A DNA stretch of 59,298 bases, filler included, from Sphacelaria rigidula (taxonomy: Eukaryota), in NCBI GenBank assembly GCA_964200075.2. It is 4 parts of 4 records of this genome, joined end to end, with 100 filler letters (N's around TTAATTAATTAA, not from the genome) between each part and the next. Parts side by side here need not be neighbours in the genome. Positions count along the whole stretch, not along the records: positions 1 to 14,752 come from CAXNAA020002064.1; positions 14,853 to 29,602 come from CAXNAA020002065.1; 2 more parts are not named here. One strand, 5' to 3'. The first letter of the stretch is position 1, and each line of letters starts with the position of its first letter. Under the pieces are notes generated by a model, which was not told the origin of the DNA, made no database searches, and saw only the letters and a program-made list of their open reading frames with translations. The position numbers and the translations under genes are program-made. Positions 13,366 through 25,200 of this stretch are shown in pieces.

Positions 13366-13866
13366 GAAGTAGCCTCAGGCCGTTTCTTCCAGTTCGTATT
13401 TTGTTTGGCTCGTATTTTCCACTTTTAGGACATTTGACAAGGTTTTTGACCCCGAAACAGGGAGAATCGCTACCACACGTCTTGGACACTTTGTATCAAC
13501 TTACCGAGAGGAGTCTAGCCCACTTTTCCGATTCCCTTGGGTCAAATATTTCGAGAGCGGCCTCTGGACAAAATACGAGGAAAACATATAATGCACAGTC
13601 TGTAGGTATTTTCAAGCTGAAATACATACAGACTATGCATCATATGCTTTCCTCGTATTTTGGTCCAGAGGCCGCTCTCGAAATCTCTGACTCAAGCGAA
13701 TCGGAAAAGTGGGCTAGGCTCCTCTCGGTGGGGTGATACAACGTGTCCAAGACGTGTGGTAGCGATTTTTCCTGTTTGGGGGTCTAAAACCTTGTCAAAC
13801 GTCCTAAAAGTGGAAAATACGAGCCAAACAAAATACGAACCGGAAGAAACGGCCTAAGGCTACTTC
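13366..13866. repeat. Long near-perfect palindrome A (~250-bp arms, almost no spacer)
   Basis: gaagtagcctcaggccgtttcttcc... pairs with ...ggaagaaacggcctaaggctacttc; centre near 13616. Confidence 0.95.
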
Positions 13867-14361
13867 CTATGTATCTAAAAGTGAAAGTTGTTGAAAAGTT
13901 GCTTTTTTGGCCCTTCTCCGTCGTTTTTTGTCCCCGAAAGAGGGCTAGGCGGATGTGGACACCTTCGAATGACTTGCTCTACTCGCTGAGACCGTTCCAG
14001 AGCACCTTTGCGTTTTCTGTAGGTCATGGTTTCGTTCTTGGGGAAAAATGCATTTTCAATAACAAATGGTCGATTTATTAAAAAAATGGCAGTTTTCCCC
14101 ATGTTTTTCGATAACTTGGCCGTTTGTTATTGAAAATGCATTTTTTCCCAACAACGAAACTATGACCTACAGAAAACGCAAAGGTGCTCTGGAACGGTCT
14201 CAGCGAGTAGAGCAAGTCATTCGAAGGTGTCCACATCCGTCTAGCCCTCTTTTGGGGACAAAAACGACGGAGAAGGGTATTATTATGACGGAGAAGGGTA
14301 AAAAAAGCTCTATTCAACAACTTTTACTTTTCGATACATGAGAAGTAGCCTTAGGGCGTTT
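13847..14361. repeat. Long near-perfect palindrome B, sharing 20 bp with palindrome A
   Basis: aaacggcctaaggctacttc...gaagtagccttagggcgttt; centre near 14095. Mirror ORFs on both strands. Confidence 0.95.
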
Positions 14362-14752
14362 TAGTATGGAAAATACCATTTTTTACGAGAACGCCCGAAC
14401 CTCTCCCCCCCCAAAAAAATTGGGGACCATTTTTTTTTATTCAACACACTTCTGTGGTTCTTCATCCTGAGTTTTAAATCACAATTCTAAAAATTGAGCA
14501 AAAAAGGAGATAAGGCTCATGAGCAGTGTTCATTTCTCCTCGAAACTCCCCCCTAAACCCGTTTTTTTTTTTTAAACCCGAAAAAAATGAAAAAAAGCTG
14601 TTTTTCACAGCTTTATCATGCACTAGCAGTTTTCCATACGAAATTTCATAGCATAACTCTCAAAAACTGAGACGCGATATCAAGGTTTCACGGTTAGGAC
14701 AAATAATGATTCGTCAGAATATTACTTGGTTTTAGTATACTAAGTTGACTCG

Positions 14753-14852
14753 NNNNNNNNNNNNNNNNNNNNNNNNNNNNNNNNNNNNNNNNNNNNTTAA
14801 TTAATTAANNNNNNNNNNNNNNNNNNNNNNNNNNNNNNNNNNNNNNNNNNNN
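14753..14852. other. Artificial contig spacer (44 N + TTAATTAATTAA + 44 N)
   Basis: Six-frame stop linker, identical at all three gaps. Confidence 0.98.
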
Positions 14853-16290
14853 TCCTTGTCGAACTCCGTGCTTGTTTCTGGTGTTCCTAGTTGACGGTAG
14901 TGCTCGACTAGCAGGGGCTATCACGGTATCACTCTGTAGGGGACGACTTCGGCTAAACGGGCAGAAGCAGACTGTTTCAGAGGCAAACCTCCAATATATG
15001 CAGCTACCATGTAAATTGTTGTCTATTATTCCCGTCATTATCAAGTTGAATCGTTTCAAATCCACTTATGCAGTCAAACATCTCAGGGTAGCTACCTGTG
15101 CAAAAGTTACCCCGGCGCCTGGCACCGCGTGAATGGTCCCCGTGTGCCGAGAACGTACTACTGCTATCAAAACGTTCTGCGAAGACATTTGCTAGATACG
15201 AGTAAGTACTCACAACTGGCATATGGTATAACAAGGGGAATAGGGCCTGCCGGCAGACGTCATCTGGGCGCTTTTTTGTAGGATATACGTGCCAGTAGGA
15301 TATTTCTGATGAATCACGAGCTGGGCCAGCTGAGAGTGATTCTTGAATGTTTTCGGGTCAGACGATGCTAAATTCAAGGGGTTGGGCGCTGAAATTTTGA
15401 CACGACATATATGTCATCAACGGGCGCAACATCTCTCGGGATGCCAAGAAGAGAAGAAGGTTCAAGATATTTGAAACCTCCAGAAAATAACTGGAAAATG
15501 CCATACCTCCGTGAAAAAAGAAGAAAAACGGCGGCATCCCCAGAAATGTTGTACGTACTTGCGTGCAGGGGATCCTAGTAAAATTTCAGCTAAAATCTCC
15601 CAAAATTGGACCCCGCCTGGCACTTTTGTGCGACACCGCTGCGCCCTCGTAATCCAAGTGATACAGGAGATTCCAGTTATGGAGGTCACGAGTTCGAATC
15701 CCCACAGACCCTCTTCATTCTCGCAGAATCTGGTTCCGTCGTGAAGGTGATACATTATGCAGTACATTTGTTTCATTTTGTTTTTTTGAGCGGCAGAGCG
15801 TGCATGACCAAGGTTGGTCTGCAGTTCACCGCGATATGCTTAGATGGGGCTAATTCGGGAGCTTGAAAAGTTCTTGTATGATACGCGTTTGTAAGTTTTA
15901 CGGCTGGCTCAGCTCGTATATCGTGCACCGGCGAGGCCGATACATCGCAAAAAAACATAACGTTTGCGCCTTTAGGCGCCAGGTTGGTGCCGCAGGCACG
16001 AGCCGCAAGAACTTGAGCCCGAGAGAAGCTCGCGCCCGTAGCTGGAGAGGGGGTCTCCCTCGAAATGCCTTCGAAGGTAGAGAAAAGCGCGATTTGGCAT
16101 CATCTCCCTTGAATTATCAGGCCTAGGGTGTTGGAGAAATAGTCGTGAAGCAATCACATGAAACAGCATTAAGTATTGAAAAAAATACAGTAGAGTAAAA
16201 CAAACAATACAGCGTTGAAAACTTCCCAGCTCATATGAAATAAAGGCGCGCGCACATACACACACAGGATACACAAAACCGTATAATAGT

Positions 16291-17652
16291 GAATGATGGC
16301 CGTGATAGTGATGACCTGCCAGGAATTCGGCCTGATGGTCTCCGAGACCAAGGTAAAGTCTATGCGCCTTTGGTCAGTACCCAGTCCCACGGAGGCCACC
16401 CTGGATATCAGAGCTGCCGGTCAACGGTATAAGCAGACGGGGAAGTTCATCTACCTTGGTGGAGCTAACAGCGCGGATGCGAAAATGTCCATCGAAACCA
16501 ACCGTCGCATCAGCGCGGCGTGGGCGCGTATCCGAAAATATAGCTTCCAACTTTACGACCGATCCAACGCCGAGCTATCCTTGAAAGTTCGACTGCTTAA
16601 AGCGGAGGTGGTGGAAGCTCTGTTGTATGGGTGTGCCACATGGACGCTACGTTCTGAGGACTTCGACAGTCTGCGCACTGCCCATCACAAGCTCTTGCTG
16701 CGAGTGGTTGGATTCCGCAGGAACGATCGAAATGGCTACAAGACTTTTTCGTACAGAGCGGTGCTCGAGATGACCAACTGCGAACGTATCGAGACGACTT
16801 TCCGCAAACGTCAACTCTGCTTCGCGGGAGCCCTTGTCCGGCAGGAGGACAAACGCCTTTCCAAGCGTGCCATGAGCGGTCGGCTTTCCACACGAGGATC
16901 CAAGGAGGCCGGCCGCCCAACCAAGCAATGGGAGGATACCCTGGAGGAGAACCTACGTGCGCTAGGGGCTGTCCCGCAAAAAGGGGCCCGACGAAAGTGG
17001 TTCGTCTACGGTGTACAGTAGATGTTAACGATGCATACGATTGGGTCACTGCGGCGAAGGACCAGGGCAAATGGCATATTGGAGTCGAAAAGGGAGCGGA
17101 AGAGTTTGAGGACACGTGGCGACGCGCGGACAAGCGAGAACCAGACTGCCATCACAAGCGAGAGGCTGCTGCGTCGAGGGCTACCAATCGGAAAATCCTG
17201 TCCGCTCATATCGGTTGTTGATTACGTCCTTAGTCGGTGGCTCTGCGGTACCCACTGGTGTATGTCTGTATCTATTCTGCTGCCCTGAATCCCTTGGGCC
17301 TTTTCCTTCTCCTTTTTTTTTTCTTTTTTTTCCCATCGTTTCATTGCATTTTATCTTATTTTATTTGTACTTTCCTCTTCTCTTCCTTTTTTTTTTGTGT
17401 TAGGTCGGCCATTTCTTTCTGTGCTTTGCCTGTGTTGGCTTTTTTACTTTTATTTTTTTTTGTCACGACTTAGTCTGCTATGTCGTTCTGTTCGTCCCCT
17501 CTTTCTTTTTTCTTTCTGTTCCTTCTTCTTTTCTCAGAGCGTGTTTCAGTTTCGTGTTTCTTGGGTACATCTATTATGAGACCACGGCTGGACCCCTGGG
17601 GGGTCAGTTAAAGTACGACAATACAAAAAAAAACGATCAAAATCAATCAAAA
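16291..17652 (+). mobile_element. 5'-truncated RTE-type LINE (RT C-terminus, 3' UTR, tail)
   Basis: High colinear identity to 34080-35447. KFIYLGG..LLYGCATW motifs, a premature stop at 17019-17021 and the shared 3' stem-loop/CAAT tail. Confidence 0.92.
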
Positions 17653-19317
17653 GTGGCCGGTAGAGGTTGAGAGTCTGGCCGCACCAAGGAGTTGATGCGT
17701 TATTCAGGGCAATTGTTTAGTTGTGAGTAATTATAGTGCAGTAGTTTGTCACCATGCAGTGTGAGAAGGGACACATCCGACACGAAACTCACAGCGGGGT
17801 TCAATTGGATCACCTCCGAATACGCACTGGGACGCAGCGCACACCTGACAACCACGAGGTACAAGACAACGGTACGAACCTCGAAGCGTTCTTCTCCACG
17901 AGTTCATCCAACAAAACAGTCAACACTTTCAAAGTGTCATGTTGTAGTTAATTTCTTCGTCCACGGGCCATTGGCGAATCTACTGTTGCTGAACCTCATC
18001 GAACGGGGAGGCTTCGGAGCCATCAGACCCTGAACCAGAGAGGGGCTGGAGATATCGTTCACGACGAACAGCATTACTGTTCTATACTATGCACTACACA
18101 CCACTTACATTCTTTACACCGGTAAAAAATGTCATCATCCGACAAACATGACCTGTTTCGATGTTACTATATAGCTGGTAACGACAAATAGCCGACGTAC
18201 CGGTCCCAATTACCGATACGATACCATGTATCGTACCGATCCGACGTATCGGTGCCGATACACAACCGTTGGATTTTTTTTCAGGACGGTTTCTGTGGAG
18301 TGCGACATGATTTGACGGGTGATCCGAAATACAGCCGCCTCCCGCGTTTCTTGCTCTTCTTAATCAGCTCGATATTTCGAACGTTTCAATCAGCTCGTAC
18401 CAATCTCTTGAAATCAGTGTCTAGTATCTCTTGAAAACAGTGCCCATCGTTGCTCGAAGCCTAGCGACATGCAGCACTTTCATCACGTGAAGCAACTCAC
18501 GTCTCAGGCGTCTGAGGACGTCTGGCAGCTCAATACTTGAACTTGGAGCACACTCTCGCCCTGAATTCGGACTTGACCCTCGTAGGGTTCAGCAGTTCGG
18601 GTGATGTTTGTTGGCTTGGTTGCTTTGGGGGGGTCGGAATAGTTGTTCTGATGATGAAATACACGATACCCAAATGAAAACAGGGGGGTTGGGCCCGCCG
18701 GGTCGTTGCCCGTAACATATACACGTTTGGCAGCGAATCTTGCCCAGAGTACAGAGGATACAGAACTGAGCAATTATCTTGAGAAGGGGGAGACCGCCAT
18801 GAGCGGTGACCGTCCCACCACCGCATGTGGTATGGCATGTACGAACGTTTAGCGAGCCGCAGTCCACGGGCGCGTCGCTGTAAGAGCCTTCGCAGCAGAG
18901 AGACGACGCCCCCAAAGACGTTAACCAGCCTGCTCAACGATGGACATGAACTGCTACACCTCCCACAATCCCGGAAAGAATGTGTGTCTGCGGATGTTTC
19001 TATTCAGCTCCCAGAGGCAACATGAGGGTGATAGACGCATACCATCAACATGCTCCAAATGTCCGCGGGACTATCGGGCCGTTTTCTCGGAACAGAAAGC
19101 CTTGTGCGCTGCATTTTGGGATGCTGTGTAATTTTTCGTGCGCCACTTCCTGCACCGACCAGTAATAGTACAGAAGCGTCCCCACTAGAACCCTTCAGCA
19201 ACCGTGGCCTACCAAAAACCAAAAATCTGTTCGAGGATGGTTTTAAGCTGCGATATAGGCACGTCATACGAAATCATCAGCAGGCAGCATCTTCAGCCCG
19301 GCACTCGGATGTGTACG

Positions 19318-19687
19318 GATGCGTGTGTGTGTGTGTGTTGTCATTCCATCTATTCTGCAAGCCAGTCTACACCTTCGGTGTGTGCGGGCTCATCAGCCGA
19401 GGTCACACAGGAGGAAGGTCAAGACGCAGGATTTTTTTGTTTTTGTTTTTGTACCCCACCTTCTTTCTGCGGTGCTAGCCTTTTTTGTTTTGCGAGAAGG
19501 GTTCAGTGGTCCCTTTCCCTCGGCGACCATGGAGTCGAAGTCAGGGTACCCACAAAAAATTCGCTTTCAACTGTTGGGCATGATGTGACAAAAAATCCCA
19601 GATCGTGTGAGTTCACCGAGAATGGAACCCACGTCTCAATCGTCACAAGGTTTCGAGGTTACCGACGGAGCCACCGGGGCGACCGGC
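19318..19687 (-). mobile_element. tRNA-derived SINE, family 1
   Basis: Head ggtggctccgtcggtaa (A-box-like) and gggttccattc (B-box-like). Body (gatctgggattttt...catcatgcccaac) is shared with 37625-37964 and 57168-57490. Confidence 0.75.
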
Positions 19688-20699
19688 AACATACATGTGC
19701 GGATGAAAAAACACTGCAACCCTGTACAGTAATAGTTAGTTAGACAGTTATTGAAATAGTATTAGCAGTACGAGCAGTAGTAGTACCGTACAGTCCCGCC
19801 ACACTTTCCGGAAAAGACATTTTGCGAATAACAAAGCGTGAGCAACATCCGTTCACAGCTAGTAGCGACTCCCGGCATGATGCCTGCGCAGCAGCGACGT
19901 GTGTTGGAATCACGTAGTCCACAGCAAGCATCGTACCCATGGTCACAGTGCCTATCGCCACTGCCGTGTGCTGGCCACACAAGCCGGAAGGACCTGGGTG
20001 GGTTGGTAAATCATGATTGCTTCTCACCGATGGGCATGCATGCTCACCGAAGAAAACGCCGTTTTTTTGCCTTCGCAAGTACTACAGAACACGGCTAGCG
20101 AGCGGCTGGAACGAATTCTCGTTCCGACAAGGGTAATTGCTGGCAACCGTGACAAACGTAGATGGCCATCACGCCACCTGCTGCGCACACTCCCACCCCC
20201 AGTTGCTCGGGACAGGGGTGTGTACTGGACGAAGGCAGGCTGTCAGTCGGTTGGTTCTTGCATGCCTGCCTAACGCTCCCTCGGGTTGTACTTGTTTCTG
20301 TGCGTGTTATCTGCGCTTGTGTTCATGATAATGTTTCCCCCAGGGAGCGCGAGATGAGGCCAGTGATTCTCATGTGCCGCCCTGTACCATAGGCAAGACG
20401 TGCACCCAAAAAGTATACGAGTACTGAGCTTGCAGCAAACGTGCTCTTTGCCGTACATGAGTGCACTCCAACGAAGACGTGTTTTCGTTGTTGGCACGCT
20501 TAGTGCCTCAAACACTTTTCATCCACTGCCGCTTTTTTCTGGTCGTTAGAACTTGGTCGATATGCTACCTGCCGATGTGATTGGTTCAGTCCCCGCGAGA
20601 AAAAAAAAGGTTCAGACAAGCGTACGTCAGTACACGTCTCTGCGCATTGGCTGCTGAAGGTTAAAGGCATTCCTTTCCCAGCCGGGCTCCTACTTTACT

Positions 20700-21100
20700 A
20701 CTACGGTGCAAATCCTCTTGACCCATTGCTTCTCTCGAGAATAAAGCCCAGTGCACTTCAAGGTTAAGTTCCGATCGAAGGCGGCCAATCTTTGTGTGCG
20801 CTATACCTACTTGAAGTGGTGCCTCCGTATCGTATGGAGATAGGATCCGGCATCGCATTGTGTGACACTCCTTGCCGATCGACTGCTGATTTATTTTGAA
20901 TTTTCAAAACGCATGGATCATCTTTTGTGAATGCTAACGTCGGGATAACAAACTTGCCGCCGAAAACGTTACTCGAACGTATATCACGTGTGTGCGCCGG
21001 AAGACACAGTGCATTGCCGAGTAATGATTCGTCAGTACGCAGCCAATACGGCAGCCAGTCGCACGCAACGCTCCGCATGTTTGTGTTGCGGTATATGATA
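20700..21100 (-). pseudogene. Possible highly decayed Copia-type RT fragment
   Basis: Peptide ..SSNVFGGKF..LAFTKDDPCVLK resembles the Copia RT GF....DPCVY motif. Frames are broken. Confidence 0.3.
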
Positions 21101-22224
21101 TGAGGTACAGAGTACGTGCGAGGGGCGATGCCGTGTGTTCTGGGACACCACATTGCACATGGCACACACCTGAAGCATCTTCGCTGTTGCGATCTCGCTC
21201 CCCATAATATCGATTCAGCCCACCATCAACAAATAGTGTGAGACCTATGGGTAGAATTGATTCCTTATTAGGAGGTATGCGGGTGTGCGCCCCATATCTA
21301 CTGTACCTCACAAAAAGTGTCATGATTTAAATTATATTCTGTCATAATCATTTATAGAATAACCTTTGGTCATACTACAATTCCACTGGCTCACATTCAG
21401 CCCGGGCGTACACTTTCGCTGCTTCAGCAGTACACCTCCCAAAGGTAAGCAGGAGAGGCAACCCTTGTAAGCGGATGGACACCACAATCAACCCCAACGT
21501 GTAGACGGCACCCATAGACGAAGATGTGAATTGCCCTGTGCTCTATTGTAGCACCCTGTGTGCTATGTGTAGTGTTATCTATGTGTTACATCTCCGTGAT
21601 CAAAAAAAGGGGATGGTAAACGTCGCAACTCTCTGGACTGTTTCGGCCTGTCCCCGATGACATTCGATGGGCAACATAGCTGTTGGCCTGCTTCTGCGCA
21701 TCGCCGATGACGCGTCGAGATATAGTGTTTAGTAACTAGAGTGCTGAAGCACCAGGCTACTGCATTTGTTTCGGATTGTGGGGATGGTTGCCCTCGGTAC
21801 TCTTCGCCACCGGTAAACACTCGCCGCGTATTTTTGTTGCCGAATAGAAATGGTCGCTTTCGCAGATTCTAACTCAGGTGCGCTTCACGATCGTCGGTAC
21901 CCGTCACCTACGCTTCCTGCTTCCCTCCCTGTTTCTCTAGAATGTTTCATAGTCAGTTCCTGACGTTTGACAGAGAGATGAGTGATCTCGTATTACTCCG
22001 CATATCTAACAACTGGCCCCTCCCTCCCCCCTCCCCCTCTCTCTGTCTTCGTCTTCAACTACCCCTCTGCCTATGCTACTGCTACTGCTGTCACTTGGAT
22101 GCCTTCCCTTCACCCACGTTTTTATGGGACCACTATACGAGGAGAATTGGGACGGGCAGCTAGCTAGCTTACAGTAGGGATTGCGTGGGGAGTGGAGCGT
22201 GTGATGTTGGCCCACTTGCTAGGC

Positions 22225-25200
22225 ATGGGCAGGGGGAGCAACAAGAAAGACAAAGAAGACAGCACCGACATCAGCAGCGCTAGGGACACGACAGCTGCTG
22301 AAGACAGTGCTGCTGCAACCGTCGGTACGACGAGTACTGTAGTCCGCTTGGACACGGTTTTTCCGTGTTTCGCATCTCCATGTCCTAAAGGCTAGTGAAG
22401 CCGGTCCGCTAGTTGGGTGACTGTGCTTGTTGGGAAACGCTGTGGTTACGCTTCGGGGCGGCCGAACCGTTATTTTGGCGCACTCTGTCCAGTGGGCAAG
22501 GCCGTCGCCTTGTCGGGTATTGTGGCATGCACCGGATATGACAATGCGGTCCAAGCTGAACACGACTCTCTTGTGTTGAGAGCTGCGATCCTCCTCTGTC
22601 CTTTTACACCAGATCCGCCTTCGTCGCACGTGTTGGGCTCTCGCTGTCGGTATGGCGCAGCACCGTACAGACAGACCCCAAGACAGCGTGCGCGGGGTTG
22701 CGGTGCCTGTTGATTCGTGCTCACGGAGTTTGTCGTGGAATCTCGTCCTCTGCCTAGGTGCAAGAGTATAATGCGTTACGTACAAACGTATACGGCGCCG
22801 CGCCGCAGTCGAGTGCAGCCACGTATGTAGTAGTACTGTACCTGTCCGTCACTACCGAACTCTGACGGATTTGAAATCGACCTCGGGCAGGTACTTGATT
22901 GAACTTAATTTGAACAGGCTGTTCGGAATATTTATTGTCGGTGAAGAGACATCGTTAACGCATGAGCAAAGCATTACCGCACATGAGAGATAACGTGTAA
23001 AACAGCGTTCAGTTACCGTGTGAGAAGGATGAAAATCTTCGTCAGGTCACGTGCAAGGTTAACCGAAGCTGTTTTTCATGAGAAACCTTTTACGCGTTTT
23101 AGTCCTGTGTGTCAAGCCATTTCCATCGGTTAACTGATACACCTAGCGCGACAAGATCAGTAGTGATGATCCCAATGGCAGAATGGTTCTGAGGGGGGGC
23201 ACCCGTCCCCTCAACCACGGTACAAGGCTGCCGTACCCCTGTTGGTGACAGTCTTTTTGGAGAACTCTTGCTAATCGCCCATGTCTAATTGGCTCATCCG
23301 AATACCACCCTTGGAAAACTCACGAAACTATGAGCTAGCAGCAGCCCAAAACGATTTGCATGGGCCGTCAAAAGGGTTCGAGGTGCCTGCTGGACAAATT
23401 ATATACGCGCTGTTTTTTACAGCATATTTCATGCTTGAGTTTATGAAAAGTTGACACAAGAAGCTGCACCCTATATTCCATGGAGATGTTTTTTGCGAAC
23501 AGAAAGAATCCCGTATCGTGGGAACATCCTTTACTGGTGCCTGAATCATCAGAGCGGTTAAGAAGCTAGCGATAGCCAGATGAGATGGGGATGGGGATTA
23601 TCGAACCAAATGCGGATGGGGCGCATGGGGTTCGAGGCTGAGGGAAATAGGAGGCGACTTGCGGTGCCCAGGCGCAGGACAGGGCGATATGTTCTCGTCG
23701 TTTTGGGGATAGATCGAGAGATGGATCACACCAACCGGTTCCGCACCCACCTCTTGAACGCGAGAGAATGTCGAGATCTACGCGTTCAAACGAGTTTCGG
23801 TGGATGACTTCACCAGTAAACACTAACTGCATCTCTCCACGAGATGTAGTCTGTCCCTACTCTGGACACAGCAGCGTGTTCCGCCTTTTCGCAGCATTTG
23901 TCTCTCTATTTCCGTTCCAGCTGCGCGCCTACTAGACGTGGGGCGTGGGTAAGGTATACCTCCACGGTTAGCCGCTAGTTCCGGCGGTATCTAACAGCGT
24001 TTACTTCACCATGAGTGCGGATCGTGACCCTCTGAGACGATCGTTTTCGTCGCGACTTCGATAGTTTTCGGAATATATAGTGGCATGTACTCATTTCACA
24101 ACGGAGTACAGACCATAATCCTCTGACTGCTATACTCTTTTTCGTTAAGATCGGATCACTATGCTGTATCTCCCGCTATGCAGGAGCAGAATTTGCAGCG
24201 CCCCTGAAAAAGCACCAGGCGTGCGGACCTGGCATATCCGCCATGGGACTCTCTGACGCCTTCGACAGAAATATTGGCTGCAAAGTGCAGAGGGAGCCGC
24301 CGCAGCGGCGACAGCACCAGCAACTGGGGCGCCGTTCACAGTTCTACGATGATGATGGCGACAACGGCGACGAAGAGGATGATGACAACCACGGCGATGG
24401 TGGTCTCGATGATAGCGGAGAGGAAGAAGATTCTGAGTGCGACTGCTGCGGGCGAAACCTTTTCGACCACAATCATGACGATGATGATGATGATGATGAC
24501 GACGATGATGATGAAGACGATGACGATGAAGACGACGACGACGAAGACGAAGACGATGAGGAAGACGACGATGACGATGAAGACGAATTGGAGACGGTGG
24601 TTGACGGCGACGAAGACAAAGACGATATAGTCGTTGATGACAGTGATACATGGGGCCGACGGACGGCCCGATCCACCGTCCCCGCCCCGCCGGCTGCACC
24701 GGGCGGTTCTGTAGGTTTTCCGCCGGCGTCCTCTGCCGTGCTGGCGCAGCCGTTGGGAGCTAAGGTGAGGATTTGTGTGCTTCGTATCGCGTAGAATAGC
24801 GGGAGTGTGAAGTAACCCCTCAGGGCTGTTGTTCGTGGTTGAGGAGTAGTCTGCTGTATAGTTGGAAGTTTTGTTGCCCTCAAGGATGGTGCGATGATGC
24901 TTTGGAGACACGCTTTTTGGGGTGTGCAAAAACGAGTCGTTCGGAAGCTAAAGCTAGGAAGGTTTGTTTCGGGAAGGACTTGATCGTGTACTACATTTAC
25001 ATGCCTTGTGGTCGTTTGTGCGACCAAATCCACATGGCCTTCGGCGTTGAGTGTTGAATGTTTTCAAGACGTGCTGAAGGGTCAGGGAAACTAAAGTCGC
25101 GACACTCCTAGGCATGTAGAAAACGTGGGTTTGGATGGGATTGAGTATTGGTCCGGAGATGGGAAAGAATAGCGGTCCCCGGGGTGGTGTCCAACGTACA

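Noticed and set aside
14753-14852. TTAATTAATTAA as a biological motif
   Set aside because: Artificial concatenation linker.
23160-23195. Box C/D snoRNA (GTGATGA...CTGA)
   Set aside because: The boxes are too close together and there is no recognisable guide or terminal stem.
24145-25033. Minus-strand poly-Ser, poly-His and Ile/Val-rich ORFs
   Set aside because: They are shadows of the plus-strand Asp/Glu codon tract.
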